A DNA stretch of 44,257 nucleotides from a virus. Its lineage: Duplodnaviria > Caudoviricetes. Both the position numbers and the translations under genes were made by a program. Positions 34,392 through 43,862 of this stretch are shown here, one piece after another (position 1 is the first letter of the stretch; every line of letters begins with the position of its first letter). Location: the IMG/VR virus record IMGVR_UViG_3300016484_000460, positions 1 to 44,257 of that record; one strand, 5' to 3'. The notes beneath the pieces are model-generated. The model was not told the origin of the DNA. It was given only the letters and a program-made list of their open reading frames with translations, and made no database searches.

Positions 34392-36191
34392 ATGAAGATC
34401 GATCACCTGTTCGTGCAGAGCTTCCTGGGCGTGGTGTCGGTTGACGTCGACACGCGCCAGCCGGTGCAGCTGTTCTGTGGCGGCAACGGCGCCGGCAAGT
34501 CCAGCCTGCGCGACGCGATCGCGCTGGCGCTGACCGCTGACCTGGGTCGCGTGTCGCTGAAGAAGGACGCTGGCCAGCTGGTGCGCGCCGGCGACAGCCA
34601 GGCCATCTGCGAGGTCCGCGATGTCGACGGCGACACCTGGGCCGTGACCATCACCGCCGCGGGCAAGATTGCCGACAGCATGAAGGGCCGGCAGACCGAC
34701 CCGGCCCTGCCCTATGTGCTGGACGCCCAGCGCTTCGCGCAGCTGGACGCCACCGAGCGCCGCGCGTTCCTGTTCGGCTTGATGGGCGTGAAGCTGGACG
34801 GCGCGGCTGTGGCTGCCAAGCTGGCCGAGCGCGGCTGTGACGCCGCGAAGGCAGCGCGCATCGCCCCGATGCTGCGCGCCGGTTTCCAGGCTGCGGCCGA
34901 AGATGCCAAGGCCCAGGCCACAGCCGCGAAGGGCGCATGGCGCGCCGTCACCGGCGAGACCTATGGCGCCGTGAAGGCGGCGACCTGGAAGGCCCCGGCA
35001 GTTTCCTTCTCGCAGCAGACCCTGGACGCGGCGCAGCAGTCGCTGGCAGCAGTCGACGCCGGCATCGCCCAGGCCCAGCAGAACCTCGGTGCGCTGGAGT
35101 CGGTCGGCAAGACTGTCGCCGAAGCCCGCGGCAAGCTGGTCGGGCTGAAGGAGACCGCCGCGCACCTGGTGCGCCGGCAGGTGAAGCTGCAGCACGACGA
35201 GAAGGCGCTGAAGGAAGCGCAGGAGGCCCTGGACAGCGCTACGGCCAAGGCTGGCAACGCGCCGCGCGTCGGCTTGGTGCACAACCTGGCCCGCAGTGTG
35301 AACGCGCTGCTGCGCCTGGGCCGCGTGGACCGCGACAGCGTTGTCGGCATGGATGCTGTGCAGGCGCTGGACGAGTACGAGGCCCAGCACGGCAGCCTGA
35401 ATGCCGCGGTCGGCGACACCGAGGCCCAGGGCCGGCTGCCGGCTCTGACCCAGGCCCGCGACCTGCTGGCCAGCGCGGTGCGTAACAGCATGCGCGACGT
35501 GCGCGCCAGCGAGGAAGCAGCCGGCCAAGTGAAGCTGCTGGAGCAACAGATCGCCGATGCTGGACAAGTCGACGAGATGGCGATTGACCAGGCGCGCAAG
35601 CAGCTGGCCACCGCCCAGGCCGAGCGCAAGGCCTGCACCGAGGCGATCGACAAGCTGCGCACCACCAAGGCCGCCGCCGAAGGCGCTGCGCAGAAGACCG
35701 CCCAGGCCGCCAAGCACCACGCCGACGTCGAGGGCTGGGATGCGATCGCCCAGGCCCTGGCGCCCGACGGCATCCCGGCCGAGCTGCTGAGCTCCGCGCT
35801 GGGCCCGATCAATGCCCGGCTGGCGCAGTCGGCAGCCGACGCGCAGTGGCCCAAGGTGGTGATCGGCGCCGACATGGCCATCACCTACGGCGGCCGGTCC
35901 TATGGCCTGGTGAGCGAGTCGGAGCAGTGGCGCGCCGACGCGATGGTGGCCGAGGCCATCGCCAGCCAGTCGAACTGGCGCCTGCTGCTGCTGGACCGCT
36001 TCGACGTGCTGGACCTGCCGGGCCGCGCCGATCTGATCGCCTGGCTGGACGTGCTGGCCGACGCAGGCGAGGTCGACAGCGTGTTCCTGTTCGGCACCTT
36101 GAAGGCCGCGCCCACCGGCCTGCCGGCATCGATCGGCACCCACTGGATCGACAGCGGCATGGCCGCGCAACCCCTGAAGGAAGCAGCATGA
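34392..36191 (+). CDS. SMC/Rad50-like ABC-type ATPase
   Basis: GGNGAGKSS Walker A, long coiled coil, LVSESE signature, LLLDRFDVLD Walker B/D-loop. Confidence 0.88.
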   Translation: MKIDHLFVQSFLGVVSVDVDTRQPVQLFCGGNGAGKSSLRDAIALALTADLGRVSLKKDAGQLVRAGDSQAICEVRDVDGDTWAVTITAAGKIADSMKGRQTDPALPYVLDAQRFAQLDATERRAFLFGLMGVKLDGAAVAAKLAERGCDAAKAARIAPMLRAGFQAAAEDAKAQATAAKGAWRAVTGETYGAVKAATWKAPAVSFSQQTLDAAQQSLAAVDAGIAQAQQNLGALESVGKTVAEARGKLVGLKETAAHLVRRQVKLQHDEKALKEAQEALDSATAKAGNAPRVGLVHNLARSVNALLRLGRVDRDSVVGMDAVQALDEYEAQHGSLNAAVGDTEAQGRLPALTQARDLLASAVRNSMRDVRASEEAAGQVKLLEQQIADAGQVDEMAIDQARKQLATAQAERKACTEAIDKLRTTKAAAEGAAQKTAQAAKHHADVEGWDAIAQALAPDGIPAELLSSALGPINARLAQSAADAQWPKVVIGADMAITYGGRSYGLVSESEQWRADAMVAEAIASQSNWRLLLLDRFDVLDLPGRADLIAWLDVLADAGEVDSVFLFGTLKAAPTGLPASIGTHWIDSGMAAQPLKEAA

Positions 36192-36805
36192 ACCGCGCAG
36201 TGTTCTTCGACACAGAGACGACCGGCCTCCCCTTGTTCAAGCAGCCGAGCGAGCACCCAGACCAGCCGCACATCGTGCAGCTCGGCGCCTGCCTGGTGGA
36301 CCTGGACACCCGCAATGTGCTGTCGACCATCGACGTGATCTGCAAGCCCGACGGCTGGCTGATCCCCGACGATGTGGCCGCCATCCACGGCATCACCACC
36401 GAGATGGCTGCCGATGTGGGCGTGCCCGAGTCGCTGGCCGTCGAGATGCTTCTCGACCTGGTTGGCGATCGGGTTCGCATCGCGCACAACCAGCCCTTCG
36501 ATGCCCGCATCGTGCGCATTGCCTGCATGCGTCACTTCGAGCCCAGCCAGGCCGACGCCTGGGCCGAGGCGCCCGCCGAGTGCACGGCGCAGCTGGCCAC
36601 ACCGATCATGAAGATCCCGCCGACCGACCGCATGAAGGCCGCCGGCTTCACCAAGTTCAAGACGCCGAACCTGCGCGAGGCGGTGCTGCACTTCACCGGC
36701 AGGCCGCTGGAGAACGCGCACAGCGCCCTGGCCGACGTGCACGGCTGCATGGACGTCTGGTTCGCCATCCGGGCCCAGCAGGCGCAGCAGCGCGCCGCGG
36801 CCTGA
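36188..36805 (+). CDS. DnaQ-like (DEDDh) 3'-5' exonuclease
   Basis: FDTETTG, AHNQPFD, AHSALAD. Confidence 0.92.
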   Translation: MNRAVFFDTETTGLPLFKQPSEHPDQPHIVQLGACLVDLDTRNVLSTIDVICKPDGWLIPDDVAAIHGITTEMAADVGVPESLAVEMLLDLVGDRVRIAHNQPFDARIVRIACMRHFEPSQADAWAEAPAECTAQLATPIMKIPPTDRMKAAGFTKFKTPNLREAVLHFTGRPLENAHSALADVHGCMDVWFAIRAQQAQQRAAA

Positions 36806-36818
36806 TCACCGGTTTCCA

Positions 36819-36886
36819 CGGCGCGCGGGCCTTCCTCCTCCTCCCTCCCTGACCTGTTCCCCGCCACCGGCCACGGCCGGGCGCCG
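36819..36886 (+). ncRNA. Candidate structured RNA (three-way junction with pyrimidine-rich loop)
   Basis: CGGCGC/GCGCCG outer stem; GCGGG/CCCGC closes a ~30-nt loop with CCTCCTCCTCCCTCCCT; CCGGC-CACG-GCCGG hairpin. Confidence 0.35.
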
Positions 36887-36920
36887 CTTCTCTTCACCAC
36901 CACCGCCACGAAAGGCACCG

Positions 36921-37181
36921 ATGCCCGTCAACCCTCTTCACCAGCACCTGGCCGTCACCGTCTGCGCGGATGCCGACGACGCGATCGCCCAGGGCTTCAA
37001 CTACTCGGCCCGGCCGGCCGGCGCTCCGCGCATCTTGCCCATCGAGGTGAAGAAGGTCGTGGTGGTGCGCAACGGCACCCAGGCCGGCAACGCGACCGTC
37101 GACTTCCTGCTGGAAGACGACACCGGCCAGCAGTTCGTCTTCATGGTCACCGGTGCGCTGCTGAAAAGCATCCCCTGCTGA
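36921..37181 (+). CDS. Hypothetical protein
   Basis: 86 aa; VVVRNGT.AG.ATVDF.LED.TGQ.FV.M.TG; AAAGG SD. Confidence 0.7.
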   Translation: MPVNPLHQHLAVTVCADADDAIAQGFNYSARPAGAPRILPIEVKKVVVVRNGTQAGNATVDFLLEDDTGQQFVFMVTGALLKSIPC

Positions 37182-37216
37182 TCGCCGCTTCAACCACCCA
37201 CCCACCGAGGAACCCC

Positions 37217-38137
37217 ATGCTGTTCTCACTCCCGAACAACACCGAGTGCGTGCTGACGACGTTCGTCGGCCGCACGCAGAAGAGCGGCCCGGACGACGTG
37301 CCGGCCGTCACCTTCCGGCTCAAGCTGGCCAGCGTGTCGAACATGCTGCTGGACCTGTTCAGCCCGACGATCCGCCACACCGTCTATCGCGCGGTGGAGG
37401 GCCAGGAGCAGCTGCCCGGCATGGAGGACACCACGCCGATCCTGCAGTCGAAGGACCTGACCGACTGGGCGCCCGATACCTGCCTGGAGGGCTGGCGCGT
37501 GATCGTGGCCCGCGGCGGGAACGACGACGGCGCGCTGCAGATGGGCAGCTGCAAGGTCGACGACTTCCGCTTCAGCTTCTTCGACGGCGGGCACATGGAC
37601 GTCGACTTCCGCGTCGGCACGGCCGACGTCGACGAGGCCGGCGCCGGCATGCTGTGGGGACGCCAGAAGCGCAAGGTGTTCGTGATGATCCAGGCGCCCG
37701 AGGTGCCCGCGGCCAGCACGACCACGATCGACGGCAGCAAGGGCCACCCGGGCCTGGCCGACTCGCAAGCGGCCGAGGCCGAGCGCCAGGCCGGAGACCT
37801 GTTCGCCGAGCAGCACGGCGGCGGCGGCGACGGCGGCGTCGCGGCTGAGCCGGGCGACCAGCAGCATGCAGGCGACTTCGGCCAGCCCGATGACGACAGC
37901 GCCGGCCCGGGCGCCGGCAGCAGCGACGACGCGCCGTTCGGCCAGCCGCAGACCGGCGACAACTGGCCCTTCCCGCAGGGCGATGGCACCGGTTCGGGCC
38001 AAGGCGGCGCGGACAGCGAGGGCGGCGAGACCGACCAGGCCGGCGACGCGGCCGAGTTCGAGGCCGGCGCCGCGGCGGCGATCGCCAAGGCCACCGGCGG
38101 CCGGCGCGGGCGGAAGACGCGAGCGAGCGTGGAATGA
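37217..38137 (+). CDS. Hypothetical protein with beta-rich N-domain and acidic Gly-rich tail
   Basis: 306 aa; GAGG SD; low-complexity acidic C-half containing DNWPFP. Confidence 0.7.
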   Translation: MLFSLPNNTECVLTTFVGRTQKSGPDDVPAVTFRLKLASVSNMLLDLFSPTIRHTVYRAVEGQEQLPGMEDTTPILQSKDLTDWAPDTCLEGWRVIVARGGNDDGALQMGSCKVDDFRFSFFDGGHMDVDFRVGTADVDEAGAGMLWGRQKRKVFVMIQAPEVPAASTTTIDGSKGHPGLADSQAAEAERQAGDLFAEQHGGGGDGGVAAEPGDQQHAGDFGQPDDDSAGPGAGSSDDAPFGQPQTGDNWPFPQGDGTGSGQGGADSEGGETDQAGDAAEFEAGAAAAIAKATGGRRGRKTRASVE

Positions 38138-38661
38138 AGCCCGACATCCTCACGGCGTCGGGCCACTACTTCGACTTCACCGAGCCGCACCTCAGCCGGT
38201 TCACCATCATGGACGTGGCGCATGCGCTGTCGCACATCTGCCGCTTCACCGGCCACACGCGCACTTTCTACTCGGTGGCCCAGCACAGCGTGCTGGTGTC
38301 GCGCAACGTGCCAGCCGAGCACGCGCTGGCCGGCCTGCTGCATGACGCTGCCGAGGCCTTCATCGGCGACGTGGCCAAGCCGCTGAAGCAGCTGCTGCCG
38401 GACTACAAGGCGATCGAGCAGCGCGTCGAGGCCGCCGTGTTCGACCGCTTCGGCCTGCCGCCCGACCTGCCGCCCTGCGTCAAGGATGCCGACCTGGTGA
38501 TGCTGGCCACCGAGAAGCGCGACCTGATGCCGGGCGACCGGCACACCTGGGAATGCATCGCCGGCCGGCGGCCGCTGGTCGAGCGCATCGACCCGTGGAC
38601 GCCCGAGATGGCGCGCGTCGTGTTTCTCGACCACTTCGACCGGCTGACAGGAGGCCGCTGA
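38134..38661 (+). CDS. HD-domain phosphohydrolase (YfbR-like deoxynucleotidase)
   Basis: [42 protein letters not shown]. Confidence 0.9.
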   Translation: MKPDILTASGHYFDFTEPHLSRFTIMDVAHALSHICRFTGHTRTFYSVAQHSVLVSRNVPAEHALAGLLHDAAEAFIGDVAKPLKQLLPDYKAIEQRVEAAVFDRFGLPPDLPPCVKDADLVMLATEKRDLMPGDRHTWECIAGRRPLVERIDPWTPEMARVVFLDHFDRLTGGR

Positions 38662-39233
38662 TGAGCCGCTGCATCACCGAATTCGCCCAGGCCTGCACCG
38701 ACCTGGCGGACATGACCGCCCGCAAGGATGGCGCCTACCTGGAGCGCAACCGCTGCGTCGCGCTGATCGCCCGCATGGCCCTGGCCAGCGGCTGGCGCGC
38801 GGGCATCGCCCGCACGGCGATCGATGGCTGGTCCGACGACTGGCACGGCTGCGTGTACGTCGACCTGCCGACCGGCCAGGTGTCCTGGCACTACCACGAC
38901 AGCCAGGCACACTTGTTCGCCGACCTGCCGGCCTACACCGGCGCATGGGACGGACACGACACGCCGGAGAAGTACCGGCGCGTGGGCGAGGCGTTCGCCA
39001 AGGGGCTGCCCGTGGTGGCCACCGACCCGCCAGCCGAGCGCGCCGTGCGCTACCTGGTGCAAAGGCTGCAGGCCGACCCGCGCCTGGCGTGGCTGATCGG
39101 CCCGGGTAGCCAGTCCTATGAGCTGCTGACCGCCGCCCTCGCCTGCAGCGCGGGCCGTGCTGTCGCAGAGGTGCAGGCCGAGATCGAGCGCGACCTGAAG
39201 ACCATACCCTGGCCGCGAGCCGAAGGAGGCTGA
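38661..39233 (+). CDS. WDGH-motif protein
   Basis: AYLERN, DLPTGQVSWHY, WDGHDT. Confidence 0.75.
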   Translation: MSRCITEFAQACTDLADMTARKDGAYLERNRCVALIARMALASGWRAGIARTAIDGWSDDWHGCVYVDLPTGQVSWHYHDSQAHLFADLPAYTGAWDGHDTPEKYRRVGEAFAKGLPVVATDPPAERAVRYLVQRLQADPRLAWLIGPGSQSYELLTAALACSAGRAVAEVQAEIERDLKTIPWPRAEGG

Positions 39234-39234
39234 A

Positions 39235-39309
39235 ATGTTCCGCTGGCTGCTGGTACTGCTGGGCATGGATGACCCCTGGAAGCCCGATCCTTCCGTGATG
39301 AACGACTGA
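39235..39309 (+). CDS. Micro-protein (24 aa, MFRWLLVLLGMDDPWKPDPSVMND)
   Basis: AGGAGG SD 5 nt upstream; fills the gap between neighbouring genes. Confidence 0.45.
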   Translation: MFRWLLVLLGMDDPWKPDPSVMND

Positions 39310-39313
39310 CGCC

Positions 39314-40336
39314 ATGGCTGACACAACCGCCATCGAGTGGTGCGACAGCACCTTCAACCCTTGGATCGGCTGCACCCGCGTGTCGCCGGCCTGCGACGAC
39401 TGCTATGCCGCCCGCAGCACGCCGGCGCGCACGCTGGGCGTGGCATGGGGGCCGGGCGAGCAGCGGCGCCTCACCAGCGACGCGAACTGGCAGCTGCCCG
39501 TGCGGTGGCAGCGCCAGGCGGCCGCCTTCTACGCCCAGCACGGCCGCCGGCGGCGTGTCTTCTGCGCCAGCTTGGCCGACGTGTTCGACAACGAGGTCGA
39601 CCCTGGCTGGCGATCGAATCTGCTGCGACTGATCCTTGACACCCCGGCCCTTGACTGGCTGCTGCTGACCAAGCGCATCGGGAACGTGACGCCCATGCTG
39701 GCCGAGATCGCTGGCGACCTGCAGCTGGTGGCACACCACGCATGGACTGGCGCGCTGCCGCCAAACGTCTGGCTGGGCATCACGGTGGTCAACCAGGCCG
39801 AGGCCGACCGGGACGTGCCGAAGCTGCTGTGGACCCCGGCTGCGGTGCGCTTCCTGAGCGTGGAGCCGATGCTGGGCGCGATCAACCTGCGCTGCATCGA
39901 CGTCGACGGCGACCACGAGATCCACCCGCTGACCGGAACCACGGAGTGCGTCGACGAGACGGACGAGGAGGCGCCCGACCTGCGAGGCCTCGACTGGGTG
40001 ATCTGCGGCGGTGAGTCCGGCCCGAAGGCTCGGCCGATGCACCCCGACTGGGCCCGCAGCCTCCGCGACCAATGCGCCAGCGCCGGCGTTCCGTTCCTGT
40101 TCAAGCAGTGGGGCGAGTGGGGCCCGGACTGGGAAGGCGCCGAAACCTGCAGCGCGTGCGGCAGGACCAAGTTCGACGCCATCAACTCGCATGGTGAATG
40201 CGGGCACTGCGGCATCGACGGCTGGATGCCGGCCGACGCGCCGCTGGACAAGCTGCGGCGCGTCGGCAAGAAGGCCGCCGGCCGCCAGCTCGACGGCTGC
40301 ACGCACGACGCCTGGCCGGAGGTGCGGCATGGCTGA
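39314..40336 (+). CDS. Phage Gp37/Gp68 (DUF5131) family protein
   Basis: IEWCDSTFNPWIGCTRVSPACDDCYA, RVFCASLADVFD, LLTKR, RFLSVEP, WVICGGESG, FKQWG. Confidence 0.92.
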   Translation: MADTTAIEWCDSTFNPWIGCTRVSPACDDCYAARSTPARTLGVAWGPGEQRRLTSDANWQLPVRWQRQAAAFYAQHGRRRRVFCASLADVFDNEVDPGWRSNLLRLILDTPALDWLLLTKRIGNVTPMLAEIAGDLQLVAHHAWTGALPPNVWLGITVVNQAEADRDVPKLLWTPAAVRFLSVEPMLGAINLRCIDVDGDHEIHPLTGTTECVDETDEEAPDLRGLDWVICGGESGPKARPMHPDWARSLRDQCASAGVPFLFKQWGEWGPDWEGAETCSACGRTKFDAINSHGECGHCGIDGWMPADAPLDKLRRVGKKAAGRQLDGCTHDAWPEVRHG

Positions 40337-40928
40337 GCGCCCCATCCTCTTCAGCGCGCCGATGGTGCGCGCCATCCTGGCCGGCACGAAGACGCAGACG
40401 CGGCGGGCCGTCAAGGCAGCGCATCCCGACTGGGTGCGAATCAACCCGCAGCCTCACCAGGACGATGCTGGGCGCTTGTGCTACGGATGGGACGGCAACG
40501 TCGGAAAACCGCTGTGCTGCCCCTACGGTCAGCCAGGCGACCGGCTGTGGGTGCGGGAGACCTGGGGATTCAACCCGGACTTCCCCGGCCTGCTGGCGCA
40601 CATCTGCTTCCGGGCCGATCGCGGCCACGAGCACGACGCGATCAACTGGCGCCCGAGCATCCACATGCCCCGCGCCGCCAGCCGCATCACCCTGGAGGTG
40701 ACCGGCGTGCGCGTCGAGCGGCTGCAGGCGATCAGCGAGGCGGATGCGAGGGCTGAAGGCGTAGCGGAAGCTCCGCTGCCGATGGGCCTCATGTACTCCA
40801 CCGCAGCAGTGATGAGGACGCGATACCGCGAGGGCTTCGGCCAGCTTTGGTGCGACATCAACGGCGCCAACTCTTGGGATGCAAACCCGTGGGTGTGGGC
40901 GGTGGAGTTCAAGCGGGTGACGCCATGA
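40329..40928 (+). CDS. ASCH/PUA-like phage protein
   Basis: ERPILFSAPMVRAILAG.KTQTRR, CPYGQPGDRLWVRE, WRPSIHMPR, NPWVW. Confidence 0.85.
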   Translation: MAERPILFSAPMVRAILAGTKTQTRRAVKAAHPDWVRINPQPHQDDAGRLCYGWDGNVGKPLCCPYGQPGDRLWVRETWGFNPDFPGLLAHICFRADRGHEHDAINWRPSIHMPRAASRITLEVTGVRVERLQAISEADARAEGVAEAPLPMGLMYSTAAVMRTRYREGFGQLWCDINGANSWDANPWVWAVEFKRVTP

Positions 40929-41209
40929 ACGTCCGCGCCCTCAAGCACCGCACCACCGCCCGCGTGCTGTATCGCGCCCGTATCTGGGCGCCTGACCGCT
41001 TCGACGTGGCTTATCACCCGGACGACTGGTGCGAGGACTGGGACGACGAACAGGACGAGGCTCACTGCTTCGACTGCGGCGAGCTGCACGACATGTGCGA
41101 GTGCCACATCGGCGACGAGTGCGGGCGCTGGCGCAACGGCCGGCTGTCGGACAGCTGCAGCAAGGCCGGCAGCGAGGAATGCGACTTCGAGTGCCCGTAT
41201 GGGCGATGA
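40925..41209 (+). CDS. Cys-rich acidic hypothetical protein
   Basis: ECGRW.NG.L...CSKAGSEECDFECP. Confidence 0.65.
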   Translation: MNVRALKHRTTARVLYRARIWAPDRFDVAYHPDDWCEDWDDEQDEAHCFDCGELHDMCECHIGDECGRWRNGRLSDSCSKAGSEECDFECPYGR

Positions 41210-41501
41210 GGTGAGGACGATGGAACTGCAGCGCTACGGGCGCGGCCCGGAAGGCTTCCCCTACATCCTGACGGCGATGCCAGATGGCTACTGGACGCCA
41301 TGGCATCTGGCCGATCAGCAGATTCGACGCCTGGGGAACAGGGTTGAAGAACTGGAGGCCGGGCAAGCCGTCGGCGAAGCGGAGGACCTGCGACGTGAAG
41401 TCGAGGGCCTGCGCGACCTGCTGCACCGCATGCTGGAGGCGCCCACCACGCAAGTCAGTGCGACATGGAAGGACGCGGCGCGGCAAGCGCTGAAGCCGTA
41501 G
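41199..41501 (+). CDS. Hypothetical protein (DGYWTPWH motif)
   Basis: MPDGYWTPWHLA plus coiled coil; alternative start at 41220 with GAGGA SD. Confidence 0.65.
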   Translation: MGDEVRTMELQRYGRGPEGFPYILTAMPDGYWTPWHLADQQIRRLGNRVEELEAGQAVGEAEDLRREVEGLRDLLHRMLEAPTTQVSATWKDAARQALKP

Positions 41502-41503
41502 CC

Positions 41504-41749
41504 ATGCCCTGCCAGCCCTTTACCCTACCCGGCGGCGCCCGCGGCTTCATCTGCAGCCGCACGCCCAGCCCGCGCTGCGCCTGCGGCAAGCAGTCGGCGT
41601 TCCAGTGCGATGCGCCCACCGGCAGCCGCGGCAGGACTTGCAGCCGCCATCTGTGCGCCGACCACGCGACGGCCACCGGCCCCGACACCCACCTCTGCCC
41701 GACGCACGCCGCCAGCGGCGCGCCGGTGCAGGCTTCGATGGAGTTCTGA
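41504..41749 (+). CDS. Small zinc-finger protein
   Basis: CACG...CDAP...TCSRHLC..H...HLCPTH. Confidence 0.7.
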   Translation: MPCQPFTLPGGARGFICSRTPSPRCACGKQSAFQCDAPTGSRGRTCSRHLCADHATATGPDTHLCPTHAASGAPVQASMEF

Positions 41750-41751
41750 CG

Positions 41752-41973
41752 ATGCCGACACCCGGAACCACCGCAGCGACCACGCTGCACCCCGATCAGG
41801 CGCGCATGCTCGACGCCATGTTCAACGACCGCCAGCCGGCCAGCCGCGCCGACGTGCAGGCCCTGGCTGAGGAAGTCGCCGCGCTGCGCGAGGCCCTGAC
41901 GCCTCGGAAGTCGCACATCGTGCACGGTGCTGAAGCGCTGCGCGAGTTCGCCAGCCTGGCGCATCGGCGGTGA
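41752..41973 (+). CDS. Hypothetical protein
   Basis: 73 aa; GGAG SD; coupled to next gene. Confidence 0.55.
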   Translation: MPTPGTTAATTLHPDQARMLDAMFNDRQPASRADVQALAEEVAALREALTPRKSHIVHGAEALREFASLAHRR

Positions 41974-42512
41974 CCGCTCGCGCAGCCCTGGCCATGGCCG
42001 AGCGCACTGCGACGCTCAGCCCCTGCGGCCGCTACCGCTACCGGCTCGGCCGGCGCTGGGCGCAGCACCGCCTGTACCTGCCGCTGCTGTTCGTGATGCT
42101 GAACCCCAGCACCGCCGATGCCGAGCAGGACGACGCCACCATCCGCCGGTGCACGACGTTCGCCGTCGCGCACGGCTTCGACGCGCTGGAGGTGGTGAAC
42201 CTGTTCGCCTTCCGCGCCACCGACCCGGCCGACCTGTGGCGCGCGGCAGACCCGATCGGCCCTGAAGCCGACCGCCACATCGCGGAGGCTGCGGCCCAGG
42301 CCGGAACCGTCTGCCTGGCCTACGGCGCGCAGCCGAAGGCCGAGGCCCGCGTGCAGAAGGTGCTGCCGCTGCTGCGCCGGCGCCACCCGTGGGAACTGCA
42401 GTGCCTGCGCATCACGCGCAGCGGCTACCCGCAGCACCCGCTGTACCTGCCGGGTGACTGCCGTCTGCACAACTTCAGCAACGACGCCATCGAGGAGGCC
42501 ATGCAGCCATGA
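41970..42512 (+). CDS. DUF1643 family protein
   Basis: SPCGRYRY.L.R.W, FVMLNPSTAD...DDATIRRC, NLFAFRAT.P, PQHPLY. Confidence 0.9.
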   Translation: MTARAALAMAERTATLSPCGRYRYRLGRRWAQHRLYLPLLFVMLNPSTADAEQDDATIRRCTTFAVAHGFDALEVVNLFAFRATDPADLWRAADPIGPEADRHIAEAAAQAGTVCLAYGAQPKAEARVQKVLPLLRRRHPWELQCLRITRSGYPQHPLYLPGDCRLHNFSNDAIEEAMQP

Positions 42513-42805
42513 CCGCCGCCCTACCCTTCCTCGCCGACGACGAGGTCGCCGCCCTGTGCGAAGGCCTGGAGCAGCCGGCCGCCCAGCTGCGCTACCTGCG
42601 CGGCCTGGGCCTGCACGTCGAGCGCAAGCCCAACGGCCGGCCGCTGCTGATGCGCAGCGAGCTCGAGCGCGTGCTGGGCGCCGGGCGCATGATGCCGGCG
42701 AACGACCCGCAGCCGCCGCAGCGCGCCGGCCGCGAGCCTGACATGGGGGCGCTTCTGCAGGTGATCCAAGGGGGCCGCCGTGGGACGAAGACGCAAGGAC
42801 GATAG
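42509..42805 (+). CDS. xis: Excisionase-like protein (DUF4224-like)
   Basis: FL.DDEV..L....QPAAQLRYL..LG.....PNGRPL; overlaps int start. Confidence 0.75.
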   Translation: MTAALPFLADDEVAALCEGLEQPAAQLRYLRGLGLHVERKPNGRPLLMRSELERVLGAGRMMPANDPQPPQRAGREPDMGALLQVIQGGRRGTKTQGR

Positions 42806-43862
42806 CCAGGGCCTGCCGCTGCGGGTCTACCTGCGGCGCGGGACGTTCTTCTACGCCCACCGGTCGGGCAAGTGGGAGAACCTGGGCAAGGACTTGACCG
42901 CGGCGAAGCGCAAGGCCGAGCACTACGCCGACCCGACCGGCACCTACGGCACGATGACCTGGTGGCTGCAGCAGTTCCTGCTGGACTTCGAGCAGCAGGT
43001 CCGCGCGAAGCTCAAGAGCGAGCGCACGCTGGAGGACTACCAAGGCGCCATCGGCACGGCCGACGAGCCGGGACCGCTGCGCGCCTTCTTCGGCGCGATG
43101 CTTCCGGCCGAGATCGAGCCGCGGCACATCACGGCATACCTCGAGGTCGGCGCGAAGGCCGGCCGCGGCGTGCGAGCAAACCGGGAGCGGGCCTGCCTGT
43201 CGTCCTGCATCAGCTGGATGCTGCGCAACGGAAACGGCGGGATCACGGTGAACCCGTGCATGCGCGCCAGCGGCGTGAAGCGCAACACCGAGACGGCGCG
43301 CGACCGCTACGTGACCGACGCCGAGTACCGCGCCGTCTTCGCCGCAGCGCCGGCCCAGGTGCGGCTGATGATGGAGCTGACCTACCGCACGCTGCAGCGG
43401 CCGGACAGCGACATCCTGCATTGGACGGCAGCCACGGTGCGCAGCGCGGCGGCCGGCAAGGTCCTGGCCTTCCAGCAGCACAAGACGAAGCGCCAGGTGC
43501 AGATCGGCCTGACCGGCGAGCTGGCGACGCTGGTGGCCACCGCCGTCGGCGAGGTGCCGGTGCTGCATCAGCCGATCGTGCACACGCTGACCGGCGAGGC
43601 CTACACCTACACCGGGATCAGCAGCATGCTCAAGCGCGCCCAGGTGAAGGCCAGGGCCTCTGACAAGGCGCTGGCCAGCATGCCTCCGTTCGGCTTCCGC
43701 GACCTGAAGGGAAAGGGCGCCACCGACATGTGGCTGGCCGGCGAGCCGATCGAGCGGATTCAGCTGCTGTGCGGCCACGCCAAGGCCAGCACGACGGAGA
43801 TCTACATCAAGGCCAGGTGGACGCAGACGGTGGCGCCGAACGACCGGGCAATCGGCGCCTGA
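42780..43862 (+). CDS. int: Phage integrase (tyrosine recombinase) with N-terminal arm-binding region
   Basis: MGRRRK...LP.RVY N-terminus; TLQRP, QQHKT, FRDLKGKGATD, LCGH, TTEIY; adjacent to xis and att. Confidence 0.93.
   Translation: MGRRRKDDSQGLPLRVYLRRGTFFYAHRSGKWENLGKDLTAAKRKAEHYADPTGTYGTMTWWLQQFLLDFEQQVRAKLKSERTLEDYQGAIGTADEPGPLRAFFGAMLPAEIEPRHITAYLEVGAKAGRGVRANRERACLSSCISWMLRNGNGGITVNPCMRASGVKRNTETARDRYVTDAEYRAVFAAAPAQVRLMMELTYRTLQRPDSDILHWTAATVRSAAAGKVLAFQQHKTKRQVQIGLTGELATLVATAVGEVPVLHQPIVHTLTGEAYTYTGISSMLKRAQVKARASDKALASMPPFGFRDLKGKGATDMWLAGEPIERIQLLCGHAKASTTEIYIKARWTQTVAPNDRAIGA

Noticed and set aside
33195-36170. 991-aa minus-strand ORF, and similar long ORFs 3589..5418, 12098..13819, 18596..20644, 31525..33528, 41796..43778
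   Set aside because: Antisense shadows of well-supported genes in GC-rich DNA; no motifs and unnatural composition
38134-38661. DatZ of a 2-aminoadenine (Z-genome) pathway
   Set aside because: No purZ, mazZ or phage DNA polymerase in the window
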